Shown one piece after another: positions 1 to 12,804 of a stretch of DNA of 64,000 nucleotides. The notes below the pieces were generated by a model. That model was not told the DNA's origin. It did not search any database and was given only the letters and a program-made list of their open reading frames with translations. Where the stretch lies: NCBI RefSeq assembly GCF_036365525.1, contig NC_090371.1, forward strand, positions 36,315,387 to 36,379,386, read 5' to 3'. The translations under genes and the position numbers were made by a program. Position 1 is the first letter of the stretch. Each line of letters starts with the position of its first letter. Origin of the DNA: Heterodontus francisci (lineage: Eukaryota).

Positions 1-821
1 AGAATCATTTCTGAGGGACAGGATAAACTGGATAGTCAGCATGGATTTGTTAAGGGAAGGTCATGTCTTACTAACTTAATTGATTTCTTTGAGGAAGTAA
101 CAAGGAGGATTGATGAGGGTAGTGCAGTGGATGTGGTCAACATGGATTTTAGTAAGGCATTTGATCAGGTCCCACATGGCTGACTGGTCTGTAAATTGAA
201 AGCCCATGGGATAGAGGGGAATGTGACAGGTTGGATCCAAAATTGGCTCAGTGACAGGAAGCAAAGGGTAGTAGTCAACAGATGTTTTTGTGAATGGAAA
301 GCTGTTTCCAGTAGCATTCCACAGGGCTCAGTGTTGGGTCCCTTGCTGTTTGTAGTATATATTAATGATTTGGACTTAAATCTGGGAGGCATGATTGGGA
401 AATTTGCTGATAACACAAAATTTGGTTGTGTAGTTGATAGTGGAGAGGATAGCTGTAGACTCCAGAATGATATCAATGGTTTGGTTGAGTGGGTGGAAAA
501 GTGGCAAATGGAATTCAATCCGGAGAAGTGTGAGGTAATGCACTTGGGGAGGGCAAATAAAGCGAGGGAATACACAATAAACGGGACGATATTGAGAGGG
601 GTAGAAGAAGTGAGAGACCTTGGAGTGCATGTCCGCAGGTCCTTGAAGGTGGCAGGGCATGTAGATAAAGTGGTGAAGAAAGCATATGGAATGCTTTCCT
701 TTATTGGCTGAGGTATAGAATACAAAAGCAGGGATGTAATGCTGGAACTGTATAAAATGCTGGTTCGGCCACAGTTGGAGTATTGCGTACAGTTCTGGTT
801 TCCACATTACAGGAAGGACAT

Positions 822-1688
822 TTACATCCTGTCTCCTCACTATCCAAGGCCCAAAACACTCCTTTCAGGTGAAGCAGCGATTTACTTGTACTTCTTTCAA
901 TTTAGTATTTGCTGCTCACAATGTGGTCTCCTCTACGTTGGGAAGACCAAACGCAGATTGGGTGACTGCTTTGTGGAACACCTCCGCTCAGTCCATAAGC
1001 ATGACCCCGAGCTTCCGGTTGCTGGTCATTTCAACACCCCTTCCCGCTCCCCGCCATCCCACCCCGCTCTCATGCCCACATCTCTGTCCTGGGATTGCTG
1101 CAGTGTTCCAACGAACATCCACGCAAGCTCAAGGAACAGCATCTCATTTATCGATTAGGCACACTACAGCCTGCTGGACTGAACATTGAATTCAATATTT
1201 CAGAGCATGACGGGCCCCCTCTTTTTATGTCTAGTTATTTTTTTTTTCCTTTTTCTTTTTTATTTGGTTATTTTATTTTAGTTTTTTTAGATTGGTGAGT
1301 TTGTTTCTACTGTGCCTCCCCACTGTATCTGTCTTTTGATTTTTTTTTAATGGTTGTGCTTGGAGTGCTTTGTGCTTTACAGTCAATTCACACCCTCTCT
1401 GTACTAACACTTTGTCTTTCAGCACACCATTAACATACCGTTTGCCTTTGTTCCATGACCTTCTGGTCAGTTATTCTCTGTGACATTGTCCTATCAACAC
1501 CTCTTTTGTTATCTCTTGCCTCACCACCAACACCCCCCCCCCCACCCCCACTTTACTTGCTTAAAACCTTTTACATTCATAATATTCGCCAGTTCTGATG
1601 AAAGGTCACTGACCTGAAATGTTAACTCTGCTTCTCTCTCCACAGATGCTGCCAGAGCTGCTGAGTATTTCCAGTATTTCTTGTTTTT
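822..1688 (+). mobile_element. Penelope-like element 3' part (degenerate GIY-YIG endonuclease plus terminal repeat with hammerhead core)
   Basis: CSQCGLLYVGKTKRRL...EHLRSV...PVAGHFN and RKLKEQHLIYRLGTLQPAGLN in shifted frames; 16-bp TSD attacaggaaggacat (806-821 / 1689-1704). Confidence 0.9.
1591..1627 (+). ncRNA. Minimal type-I hammerhead ribozyme motif in the Penelope terminal repeat
   Basis: agtt-CTGATGA-a-aggtc(act)gacct-GAAA-tgtt-aact: core, stem II and 4-bp stem I; the stem III palindrome carries a C>T change. Confidence 0.7.
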
Positions 1689-2579
1689 ATTACAGGAAGG
1701 ACATATTTGCTCTGGAGAGAGTGCCGAAGAGATTTACAAGAATGTTGCCAGAGTTTGAAAGTTGCAGCTATGAGGAAAGATTGGATAGGCTAGGGTTGTT
1801 TTACTTAGAACAAAGGAGGCTGAAGGGTGACTTAATTGAGATGTACAAAATTATGAGGGGCCTAGATAGAGTAGACAGGAAGGACCTATTTCTCCTAGCA
1901 GAGAGGTCAATTACCAGGGGGCACAGATTTAAGGCGATTGGTAGAAGGAATAGAGGGGACATGAGGAAAAACTCTTTCACCCAGAGGGTGAGGTGTGTCT
2001 GGAATTCACTGCCAGAAATGGCGGTGGAGGCAGAAACCCTCAATTCTTTTAAAATGTACCTGGACATGCACCTGAAGTGCTGTCACCTGCAAGGCCAGGG
2101 GCTAGAAGGTGGAATTAGATTGGGTGGCTAGTTTTTTCAGCCAGCACGGTCATGGCGGGCTGAATGGCCTCCATCTGTGCTGTAATTTTTCTATGGTAAT
2201 GTGCTGCAAACTAATGTCAAATCAAGGGAATAATGGGAAATTATGTCAAGTTCATGATTGTACAAGCTCGGCTAAAAGCTTGAAACACCACTGACCACAC
2301 TGTGACGCGTTTATGAGAATAGAAAGCTGAAGTTGTGAGATTGTCACCATGCGTGCGTTTTGCACAGTCAAATGTCTTTCACATGAACACGTACGTAATT
2401 GGACAGGAACTATTTTCATTGGTGGTCTAAGTGAGGCAACTGGAAGAACGCTAGGATTAAAGGAGAACCTTCGAGTAGTCTTGCCACAGTAAGAGAAAAA
2501 ACAAGAATAGAAAACAGAAAAAAAGACAGAGTAAGAAGAGAAAGTCCGTTCTGCCATTCAGATTTGACACGGGAAGTAT

Positions 2580-2987
2580 ATAGAGTCATAGAGTTATACA
2601 GCACAGAAACAGGCCCTTCCGTCCATCGTGTCTGTGCCGGCCATCAAGCACCTAACTATTCTCATCCAACTTTCCAGCACTTGGCCCGTAGCCTTGTATG
2701 CTATGACGTTTCAAGTGCTCATCTAAATACTTCTTAAATGTTGTGAGGGTTCCTGCCTCTACCACCCCTTCAGGCAGTGCGTTCCAGATTCCAACCACCC
2801 TCTGGGTGAAAATTTTTTCCCTCAAATCCCCTCTAAACTTCCTTCCCCTTACCTTAAATCTATGCCCCCTGGTTATTGACCCCTCCGCTAAGGGAAAAAA
2901 TCTCTTCCTATCTAACCTATCAATGCCCCTCATAATTTTGTATACCTCAATCATGTCCCCCCTCAGCCTTCTCTGCTCTAAGGAATA
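2580..2987 (-). mobile_element. CR1 LINE 3' end
   Basis: SLEQRRLRGDMIEVYKIM...FTQRVVGIWNALP (ORF 2652..3083 -). Confidence 0.9.
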
Positions 2988-3408
2988 GCCCACATTGTTC
3001 TGTAAATTACTGGCTGAACTTGTCTTAAACATGACCTTTGGAGAACAAGTTTGTTCTGACTTTCTCTCAATAAATAGCTCCATAACTGAACTTTTGTTGT
3101 CACGTCTGATCCTGTTGTGAGTAAGGTGTTAAATCCTTACAATTCTATCCTGCATTTGCCCTATTAAGAACTAGGTAGAAGTTGGAACAGTGTTAATTTT
3201 TCAGGTCGATGACCGGTTGAAAGGTCGTTGTCCTGAAACATTGGGTAGAATTTTCTGAGGCTGGTGGAGGCAGGTTTGGTGGCAGGCTGGCCAGAAAAAT
3301 TGGAGGTATTACAACACGTTCCTGTCTCCTTCCATATTTCCCAGTGGCGGGTTGGGAGTGAAGTGGGAAAGCCCCATGGCTGGGGCAGGCAGCCAATTGT
3401 GGCAATTA

Positions 3409-3780
3409 GGGGAGGCAGTATCATAGTGGTCATGTCACTGGACTAGTAATCCAGAGGCCAGGCTAATGCTCTGGGGACATGGGTTCAAATCTCACCACAG
3501 CAGATGGTGAAATTTGCGTTCAATTAATAAATCTGGAATAGCTAGTCTAATGGTGACCATGAAACCATTGTCGATTGTTGTAAAAACCCATCTGGTTCAC
3601 TAATGTCCTTTAGGGAATGAAACCTGCTGTCCTTACCTGGTCTGGCCTACATGTGACTCTAGACCCACAGCAGACTCTTAAATGCCCTCTGAAATGGCCT
3701 CACAAGCCACTCAGTTCAAGGACAATTAGGGTTAGGTGATAAATGCTGGCCTAACCAGCGAAGCCCACATCCACAAAAAA
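3409..3780 (+). mobile_element. tRNA-derived SINE related to the tRNA-headed LINE at 52721-56016
   Basis: A/B-box-like head (catagtgg ... gggttcaaatc); body matches the LINE 5' end and the tail matches the LINE 3' end. Confidence 0.8.
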
Positions 3781-4022
3781 CAAATTTTACACTCACAAAT
3801 CATTGAGACCTAAATCTGACATCAGCAATGTAGAGGAGAAAGTGAGAAGCCTGAGGTCCACCATAGGAAAAGGCTTGTAATAATTAGCAATTCTTGAAGC
3901 TGATACTATTGATTTGTGTTTGGGGTACCTGACTTGGTGTCATTTCCTTACAGAGACATGACACTTCAGTGGGGATACTGACTTTTGTGCCTGTGAGCTT
4001 ACATAGGGACATGGGACATGGC

Positions 4023-4056
4023 AGTTCTGATGAAGGGTCACTGACCTGAAACGTTA
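4023..4056 (+). ncRNA. Hammerhead core of a split Penelope-derived repeat (remainder at 8233-8339)
   Basis: agtt-CTGATGA-a-gggtc(act)gacct-GAAA-cgtta; the continuation cgttaactctg... is found at 8233. Confidence 0.7.
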
Positions 4057-7000
4057 TTCAGGAGCAGAGAGTGCGAGCGAGTGAGCAGCTGGGAAGGTCA
4101 GTTTCAGCTTAAACTTAATTCCCTTTTGTTTTCGGCGGACCAAGGGGCTGCTGGGTATGTAAAACCCTATATATTTGGGCCGTTTCAAATAACTTACCTT
4201 TCATTGCAGCAGCTTATTCGGGAGCAGAGAGTGCGAGCGCGTGAGCAGCTGGGAAGGTCAGTTTCAGCTTAAACTTAATTCCCTTTTGTTTTCGGCGGAC
4301 CAAGGGGCTGCTGGGTAAGTAAAACCCGATATATTTGGGCCTTTTCTGAACCCGAGAAACTACATGGGCAGTGTCTCCCACCCGCCCTCCTCCTCTAACC
4401 AAAAAAAAAGGACTCGGTGGTGTGTAGATAAGGTAAGGCTTTTCCTACTTTTTTTTTAATCGTGTGATTAGTAAAAACTTTTCGTTCCTTTTTCATTTTT
4501 TCTAAGTTTCAGACTAAGTTAAGCTGAAGATTAAAAATGGCAGGAGATCTCAGACCCGTGTTATGCTCCTCTTGCTCAATGTCGGAGCTCAGGGACACGG
4601 CTGATATCCCTGACTCCTTCACGTGCAGGAAGTGTGTCCAGCTGCAGCTCTTGTTAGACCGCATGACGGCTCTGGAGCTACTGATGGACTCACTTTGGAG
4701 CATCCGCGATGCTGAGGAGGTCGTGGATAGCACGTTTAGCGAATTGGTCACACCGCAGATTAGGATTGCTGAGGGAGAAAGGAAATGGGTGACCAAAAGG
4801 CAGAGAAAGAGCAGGAAGGCAGCGCAGGTGTCCCCTGCGGTCATCTCCCTCCACAACAGGTATACCGTTTTGGATTCTGTTCAGGGAGATGGCTCACCAG
4901 GGGAAGGCAGCAGTAGCCAGGTTCATGGCACCGTGGCTGGCTCTGCTGTTCAGAAGGGCGGCAAAAAGACTGGAAGGGCTATAGTCATAGGGGATTCGAT
5001 TGTAAGGAGAGTAGATAGGCGGTTCTGTGGTCGAAAACGAGACTCCCGAATGGTATGTTGCCTCCCAGGTGCATGGGTCAGGGATGTCTCAGATCGGCAT
5101 TCTGAAGAGGGAGGGTGAACAGCCAGTTGTTGTTGTGCACATAGGCACCAATGATATAGGTAAAAAAATGGGATGAGGTCCTACAAGCAGAATTTAGGGA
5201 GTTAGGAGCCAAGTTACTACCTCAGAGGTAGTAATCTCAGGATTGCTACCAGTGCCACGTGATAGTCAGAGTAGAAATGAAAGAATAGTCAATATGAATG
5301 CGTGGCTTGAGAGATGGTGCAGGAGGGAGGGGTTCAGATTTTTGGGACACTGGGACCGGTTCTGGGGGAGGTGGGACTATTACAAATTGGACGGTCTACA
5401 CCTGGGCCGGACTGGAACCAATGTCCTTGGGGGTGATTTTGCTAACGCTGTTGGGGAGGGTTTAAACTAATGTGGCAGGGGGTTGGGAACCAAATGAGGA
5501 GGTCAATGGACAGTAAGGAGGTAGTAACGAAAGCCTGTAAGGAACTAGATAATGAAGTCAGCGTGACTAAGGGGAAAAGTAGGCAGGGAGCAGATGATGG
5601 ACGCAAAGGGACTGGTGGTCTGAGGTGCATTTGTTTTAATGCAAGAAGTGTAGTAGGTAAGGCAGATGAACTTAGGGCTTGGATTAGTACCTGGGAGTAT
5701 GATGTTATTACTATTACTGAGACTTGGTTAAGGGAAGGGCATGATTGGCAACTAAATATCCCAGGATATCGATGCTTCAGGCGGGATTGAGAGGGAGGTA
5801 AAAGGGGTGGAGGAGTAGCATTACTGGCCAAAGAGGATATCACAGCTGTGCTGAAGGAAGGCACTATGGAGGACTCGAGCTGTGAGGCAATATGGGCAGA
5901 ACTCAGAAATAGGAAGGGTGCGGTAACAATGTTGGGGCTGTACTACAGGCCTCCCAACAGCGAGCGTGAGATAGAGGTACAAATATGTACACAGATTATG
6001 GAAAGATGTAGGAGTAACAGGGTGGTGGTGATAGGAGATTTTAATTTTCCCAACATTGACTGGGATTCACTTAGTGTTAGAGGTCTAGATGGAGCAGAAT
6101 TTGTAAGGAGCATCCAGGAGGGTTTTCTAGAGCAGTATGTAAATAGTCCAACTCGGGAAGGGGCCATACTGGACCTGATGTTGGGGAATGAGCCCGGCCA
6201 GGTGGTTGAAGTTTCAGTAGGGGACTACTTTGGGAATAGTGATCACAATTCCGTAAGTTTTAGAATACTCATGGACAAAGATGAGAGTGGTCCTAAAGGA
6301 AGAGTGCTAAATTGGGGGAAGGCCAACTATACCAAAATTCGGCAGGAGCTGGGGAATGTAGATTGGGAGCAGCTGTTTGAAGGTAAATCCACATTTGATA
6401 TGTGGGAGGCTTTTAAAGAGAGGTTGATTAGCGTGCAGGAGAGACATGTTCCTGTAAAAATGAGGGGTAGAAATGGCAAGATTAGGGAACCCTGGATGAC
6501 AGGTGAAATTGTGAGACTAGCTAAGAGGAAAAAGGAAGCATACATAAGGTCTAGGCGGCTGAAGAAAGACGAAGCTTTGGAAGAATATCGGGAATGTAGG
6601 ACCAATCTGAAACGAGGAATTAAGAGGGCTAAAAGGGGTCATGAAATATCTTTAGCAAACAGGGTTAAGGAAAATCCCAAAGCCTTTTATTCATATATAA
6701 GGAGCAAGAAGGTAACTAGAGAAAGGATTGGCCCACTCAAGGACAAAGGAGGAAAATTATGTGTGGAGTCAGAGAAAATGGGTGAGATTCTAAACGAGTA
6801 CTTTGCATCGGTATTCACCGAGGAGAGGGACATGACGGATGTTGAGGTTAGGGACAGATGTTTGATTACTCTAGGTCAAGTCGGCATAAGGAGGGAGGAA
6901 GTGTTGGGTATTCTAAAAGGCATTAAGGTGGACAAGTCCCCAGGTCCGGATGGGATCTATCCCAGGTTGCTGAGGGAAGCGAGAGAGGAAATAGCTGGGG

Positions 7001-7902
7001 CCTTAACAGATATCTTTGCAGCATCCTTAAACACGGGTGAGGTCCCGGAGGACTGGAGAATTGCCAATGTTGTCCCCTTGTTTAAGAAGGGTAGCAGGGA
7101 TAATCCAGGTAATTATAGACCGGTGAGCCCGACGTCAGTGGTAGGGAAGCTGCTGGAGAAGATACCGAGGGATAGGATCTATTCCCATTTGGAAGAAAAT
7201 GGGCTTATCAGTGATAGGCAACATGGTTTTGTGCAGGGAAGGTCATGTCTTACCAACTTAATAGAATTCTTTGAGGAAGTGACAAAGTTGATTGATGAGG
7301 GAAGGGCTGTAGATGTCATATACATGGACTTCAGTAAGGTGTTTGATAAGGTTCCCCATGGTAGGCTGATGGAGAAAGTGAAGTCGCATGGGATCCAGGG
7401 TGTACTAGCTAGATGGATAAAGAACTGGCTGGGCAACAGGAGACAGAGAGTAGTAGTGGAAGGGAGTTTCTCAAAATGGAGACGTGTGACCAGTGGTGTT
7501 CCACAGGGAGCCGTGCTGGGACCACTGTTGTTTGTGATATACATAAATGATTTGGAGGAAAGTATAGGTGGTCTGATTAGCAAGTTTGCAGACGACACTA
7601 AGATTGGTGGAGTAGCAGATAGTGAAGGGGACTGTCAGAGAATACAACAGAATATAGATAGATTGGAGAGTTGGGCAGAGAAATGGCAGATGGAGTTCAA
7701 TCAGGGCAAATGTGAGGTGATGCATTTTGGAAGATCCAATTCAAGAGTGAACTATACAGTAAATGGAAAAGTCCTGGGGAAAATTGATGTACAGAGAGAT
7801 TTGGGTGTTCAGGTCCATTGTTCCCTGAAGGTGGCAACGCAGGTCAATAGAGTGGTCAAGAAGGCATACGGCATGCTTTCCTTCATCGGACGGGGTATTG
7901 AG
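4056..7902 (+). mobile_element. Near full-length CR1 LINE, 3'-truncated: tandem 5' UTR repeat, ORF1 (Cys zinc finger + SGNH esterase, 4537-5470), ORF2 (APE endonuclease + RT, from 5470)
   Basis: CSSC...CRKC and IGDSIVR...DGLHL in ORF1; FNARS, ITETW, GDFN, SDH, PQGAVLGP, FADD in ORF2; frameshifts in ORF1, premature TGA at 5788. Confidence 0.95.
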
Positions 7903-8628
7903 TCAGAGGGAAGGGAAGGGGAAGAAAATCTGGAGGGGCGTTGATACCCATGAGTTGCTGGAGTTTGTGTTCCTTAACACCTGAAAGGAAGAGAAAAATT
8001 TTTTGTTAATGCGTCAAATTAGGCGAAGGATGAAATGAAACTGTAACCTGGACAGCTTTGAGATAGGGTGAGTCAGAACTGCTGGAAAGAGAGGTTGAGT
8101 GTGTGCCTGTGCCAGCACATAGCTCTGAGTTCTTAATTAGCTTTCTTCTGCAAAGAACTACTGGAGGGCCAGCTATTCATCAGTTCTGAATCTCCACCCA
8201 GACACCAAAAACCAAGGTGGTAAGATTCCATCCGTTAACTCTGTTTTTCTTTCCACAGATGTTGCCTGACCTGCTAAGTATTTCCAGCATTTTCTACTTT
8301 TATTTCAGATTTTCCAGCATCTGCAGTATTTTGCTTTTGTAGATAAAAGTTATCCAAGCTGAAAAAAGACTTTAATCTCATCAGTCCAGGTTGGATTCAA
8401 ACCCGTATGCTTCTCAAATATATAAATTGTTAACAGCAATGTGATTTCCTTTATTTCCACAATCTTCAAATAATAAATAAACAGTAAGAAAGTTTACATT
8501 TTAGAACAAATATGCTGCAAGATTAAATAAGTGCAAAAATAACTTACAAATGTTTGATTGTAATTCCCACAGTTTAGCAGACTTGACCAGGTTACAAGCA
8601 TTAAATAAATATAGAGTTAATGGTAATA

Positions 8629-8751
8629 TAAAAGCAAAATACTGCGGATGCTGGAAATCTGAAACAAAAACAAGAAATGCTGGAATCACTCAGCAGGTCT
8701 GGCAGCATCTGTGGAAAGAGAAGCAGAGTTAACGTTTCGGGTCAGTGAACC
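8629..8751 (-). repeat. Penelope-derived short repeat, truncated within the hammerhead
   Basis: Reverse complement of the 1600-1690 terminal repeat plus extension; lacks CUGANGA. Confidence 0.8.
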
Positions 8752-8945
8752 GGTTGTCATCATCTCCACGGGTTGCCAATAGAAAAGAGGAACATTATAA
8801 CCAAAACGATTTTTCTCCTAATGTTTTCCTACAAGCATTCCAGTGACCAGCGTGTAACAGATGTGATTAGTCATTGAACTCGTGTAATAGAAGCCCAAAG
8901 TTGTCGTCAAATATAGAATAGCTTCCAGCAAACATCAACAATATC

Positions 8946-9301
8946 AGTTCCGAAGAAGGGTCACTGACCCGAAACGTTAACTCTGCTTCTCTTTCCACAG
9001 ATGCTGCCAGAACTGCTGAATGATTCCAGCATTTCTTGTTTTTAGTTTAGTTTAGTTTAGAGATACAGCACTGAAACAGGCCCTTCGGCCCACCGAGTCT
9101 GTGCCGACCACCCATTCATACTAATCCTACACTAATTCCATATTCCTACCACATCCCCACCTGTCCCTATATTTCCCTACCACCTACCTATACTAGGGGC
9201 AATTTACAATGGCCAATTAACCTATCAACCTGCCAGTCTTTGGCATGTGGGAGGAAACCGGAGCACCCGGATTTCCAGCATCCGCAGTATTTTGCTTTTA
9301 T
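8946..9301 (+). mobile_element. Penelope-derived hammerhead repeat with a nested truncated HE1 SINE (9044-9270, - strand)
   Basis: CCGAAGA-a-gggtc(act)gaccc-GAAAcgtt; 12-bp TSD atcaacaatatc (8934-8945 / 9302-9313). Confidence 0.8.
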
Positions 9302-10605
9302 ATCAACAATATCGGGTCAGGATTAGTGCTGCACAAATACTTAGATAACAGATAATGGAGAACAGTCGAATCCTTCTTAGCAACAACAGTGAAAAATCAG
9401 TTATGTGCAGGCAATAGAACGACCCTGGCTATGCAATTGTTCAATTGTAACCTCTTCGGAAATGTTGGATGTATTCCCATGAAGAATGTTACCTGACTCT
9501 GAGTGACGATACTTGGAGCCTTTGATGATTACAGCCTGAAGAAGAGGTCGATCACACCTTCTCTACTTGTGTTTTATCTCGTTTCCTGTCCATCCGATCG
9601 CCAAGCAGAGCTGGGGAATGAACATCGGCCTCAAAGTAAACATTTGATGAACACTAACAGTCACTAGTTTTTTGAGTGGGACGCAGCGTAGCATCAATGG
9701 AAAATCTTATCATGTGGGTGGACATGCGTAAAATTACAAATATCACTGGAACGAATGCCATTAAGATCTGAATATCGATTCTGCAAGTAAGATTTCATTG
9801 CAGATACAGTGATGGAGATTAAAAGTAGCTGTGCTGTATAACTCTATGACTATTATTTATCTCACAGTTATGTGGCCCCATTTTAAATATTTCTGGGACC
9901 TGGCATATAAGCAGAAATCTTCCAAGCAAATCCCTGGTTAATGAACAATATTGTTGTCAATTTATCAATCGGAGCTCCTAGGAATATTAAGAAAAGTGTG
10001 GCGTGTTGACGTTATTCTACTTGCCTGCATACACTAATTTCTGCTTCAACAGGAACAGTTACAATTCGGAGAGGAAATCCAGCCACGAGATGTCTTGGTG
10101 GGCTGACTGGCTTTCTGCTTCGTGCTTCTACAACCAGCCGAGTAGGTAAACACAAACCAGTTTATTTCCGCTGCGAAGACGTTTACCAGTAGGCTACAAG
10201 GATAACTTTCAAATGTGCGAATGGTGCAGCTCATTACTGGGCAGCCTGGGAAGGTATCGAACACTTTTAGTGACTACCAGACAAGCTGTGAGAAACATGA
10301 TTAGAATCACATTTATGATGGTCCATCTTTGGCACGTTCTCACGAGGAAGATTTTGCAATTATAATATAAACTTCAGCTCTGGGGCAGAATGTAAACACT
10401 AGAGGCCTGTAGCAATGAATAGGGAGAGTGTAACTGTTGCAAACAGGTCCAAGGTAAATGGGCGATGCCAAAAAAAGCGGCCAATAGAAAGCGAAATTTG
10501 GGAATTTTTGTTCAGAGGAACTCAGCCTACATCGTATTTTTTAATGTCTAATATCCATGTTTACCTTTTCCTAAATATATCTAACGCATCTAATCGGTAA
10601 TTACC

Positions 10606-11028
10606 TTCTCTCTCTTTGGCCTCCTTGTCTCGAGAGACAATGGGTAAGCGTCTGGAGGTGGTCAGTGGTTTGTGAAGCAGTGCCTGGAGTGGCTACAAAG
10701 GCCAATTCTAGAGTGTCAGACTCTTCCACAGGCACTGCAGATAAAATTGGTTGTCGGGGCTGTTACACAGTTGGCTTTCTCCTTGCGCTTCTGTCTTTTT
10801 TCCTGCCAACTGCTAAATCTCGGGGACTCACCACTCTTTAGCCCCACCTTTATGGCTGTCCGCCAGCTCTGGCGATGGCTGGCAACTGACTCCCACGACT
10901 TGTGATGAATGTCACAGGACTTCATGTGGCATTTGCAGACATTTTTAAAGCAGAGACGTGGACGGCCGGTGGGTCTGATACCAGTGATGAGCTCACTGTA
11001 CAATGTGTCCTTGGGGATCCTGCCATCT
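10606..11028 (-). mobile_element. RTE LINE 3' fragment
   Basis: YSELITGIRPTGRP...CSACGR, homologous to the C-terminus of ORF 13351..16542. Confidence 0.9.
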
Positions 11029-12585
11029 AATCAGTAAATACCTAACAAGGGAAATATTGCAGAGCTATGGGACGAAAGAGCAGGCGAGCTGGACTAATCG
11101 GATAGTTCTTCCAAAGAGCCGGCCTAGATACAACGGGCCGAATGGTCTCCTTCCCTGCTGTATCAATGTATGATTCTAACGCTAGCCCCCGAGTTTTGTC
11201 ATATCTTTGGCGTATTTTAGAGTCAAATTTAACGCAAGGCTTCAGTTCCTATTTGTGTAATTATAGTGGCTGGAGAAAGGCAACACGTTTTATTCATTCC
11301 CTCCTCTTCACTGCGCTGTACCCAGGCTGGAAATGAAATTATTGAGAGGTATTCCAGGAAATCTGGACGAATGCTCTTAGTGTTTGGGTAAAATTCGCAA
11401 CATAAAATGGTATTTATCTAGCAAACTGTACAAGTTCAACAAGGAGAATATTGAGCATGTAACTTACTTCTTGCCACAAGTGCATGTTATAACTTTACGA
11501 AGAAGGTCATTAGGAAGCGGCCTTACAACGAGCAATTCCTAAGATGCCTGGTTAACATAAAATATGGCATCTAGAGAGAAAATATATAAACAGGAGGTGA
11601 TGGCAATCTTCATTTTATTCTGATAGGCCGTGCTATTTTTTTCCAATTGTGCTCAATAAGGATATAAATCCACGGTGGGCCTTGGTCGAGCAATAAACCA
11701 TGGCATGCAGTTGACAACCATTCTGAAATTAATTATCGGCATTAATTCGGTTTGAAAATTACAGTTTATCGCCAGTGTAGAAGAAAAATCTCAACACTTG
11801 TGGGCGAGAACACTGACAGTAAAACTCCATTACTGGTCGGGTAGTCAACTATATCTCAATGGAGACGGGGAAGACAGAACAATGCAGTAGGTTTACTTTA
11901 TCTGAGCCTCAGATACTTTACTTAAGCCTCAGTTCAAGATGGCTCCTGGGCTGGAAGCTCCCTTGCGGTTCAACTCTATCCATGGCCATCTGCTCCCATC
12001 CCTAACGTTTTCTCCCCCAATCTGCCCTCTTAAACTGTTTAAATTCCCCTGGCTCTTTAAATCAGTTCATTTTAGCCCTATCTAAAAGTTAACAGTTAGT
12101 TTAGTGTGTGTTACCTGGGCCCACTGCCCTCCCCCAGCCACACCTGCTCTTTGTTTTCTCAATGAAATTGATCCGGTTGAAACTGACGAGCACAGCTGCC
12201 GATACTTCAATCTCCGATCCTGCTGTCTTCACAGTCCAGAGTGTCTGCAGCCACGGCATGCGGTAAGTCCATTGAGGTGAAGAAGGAGCTGCGGGACCCG
12301 AGAGAAGTCCTGTGAAAAGGTGCCCCGAACACCCAAAACATCCACGAACGGCCCCCCCGGCCGCAACTTCAAAGCGCCCGCGGGAGATGTTTCGGAGAGC
12401 ATCTGCAGCGCACTGTCGGCAATGCTGCATGCCTTTATTTAAACCACTGCAAAAAAAAAACCTTTAGCAAATGTAATCACCTCTAAGTCTGCCAAATGAT
12501 GCTTCACCTCCCGAAGGACGTGGATGAGCTTTCCGGACGTCGATGGTGGGCACTGAGGAAATGGCTTATTACCTGCACCAGATTC

Positions 12586-12790
12586 CACCCCCCCTCCCCC
12601 CCCCTTTACCCCCCTTCCACCCCCCCCCCACCCCCGTCCCCTTCCCTGCTCCACCCTCTCAGCTCACCCCCTCACAACCCCGTCCCAGCCCGCCCCCCCC
12701 TCGCACCATCTTCACCCCGCACCCCCTTCCCCTGCACCCCCCCACCCCCTCCCTCTACCCCTCCCCCTTGCATCCCCTCCTCCCACCGGC
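12586..12790. repeat. Low-complexity C-rich tract
   Basis: Many C4-C9 runs with short spacers. Confidence 0.9.
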
Positions 12791-12804
12791 ACCATCCTAC
12801 ACCT

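Larger units (their letters stand above)
1..2197 (+). mobile_element. CR1 LINE 3' part (RT), interrupted by a Penelope-like element
   Basis: PQGSVLGPLLF and KFADNTK RT motifs (ORF 196..711); RPQLEYCVQFW; CR1 C-terminus resumes at 1689. Confidence 0.9.
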
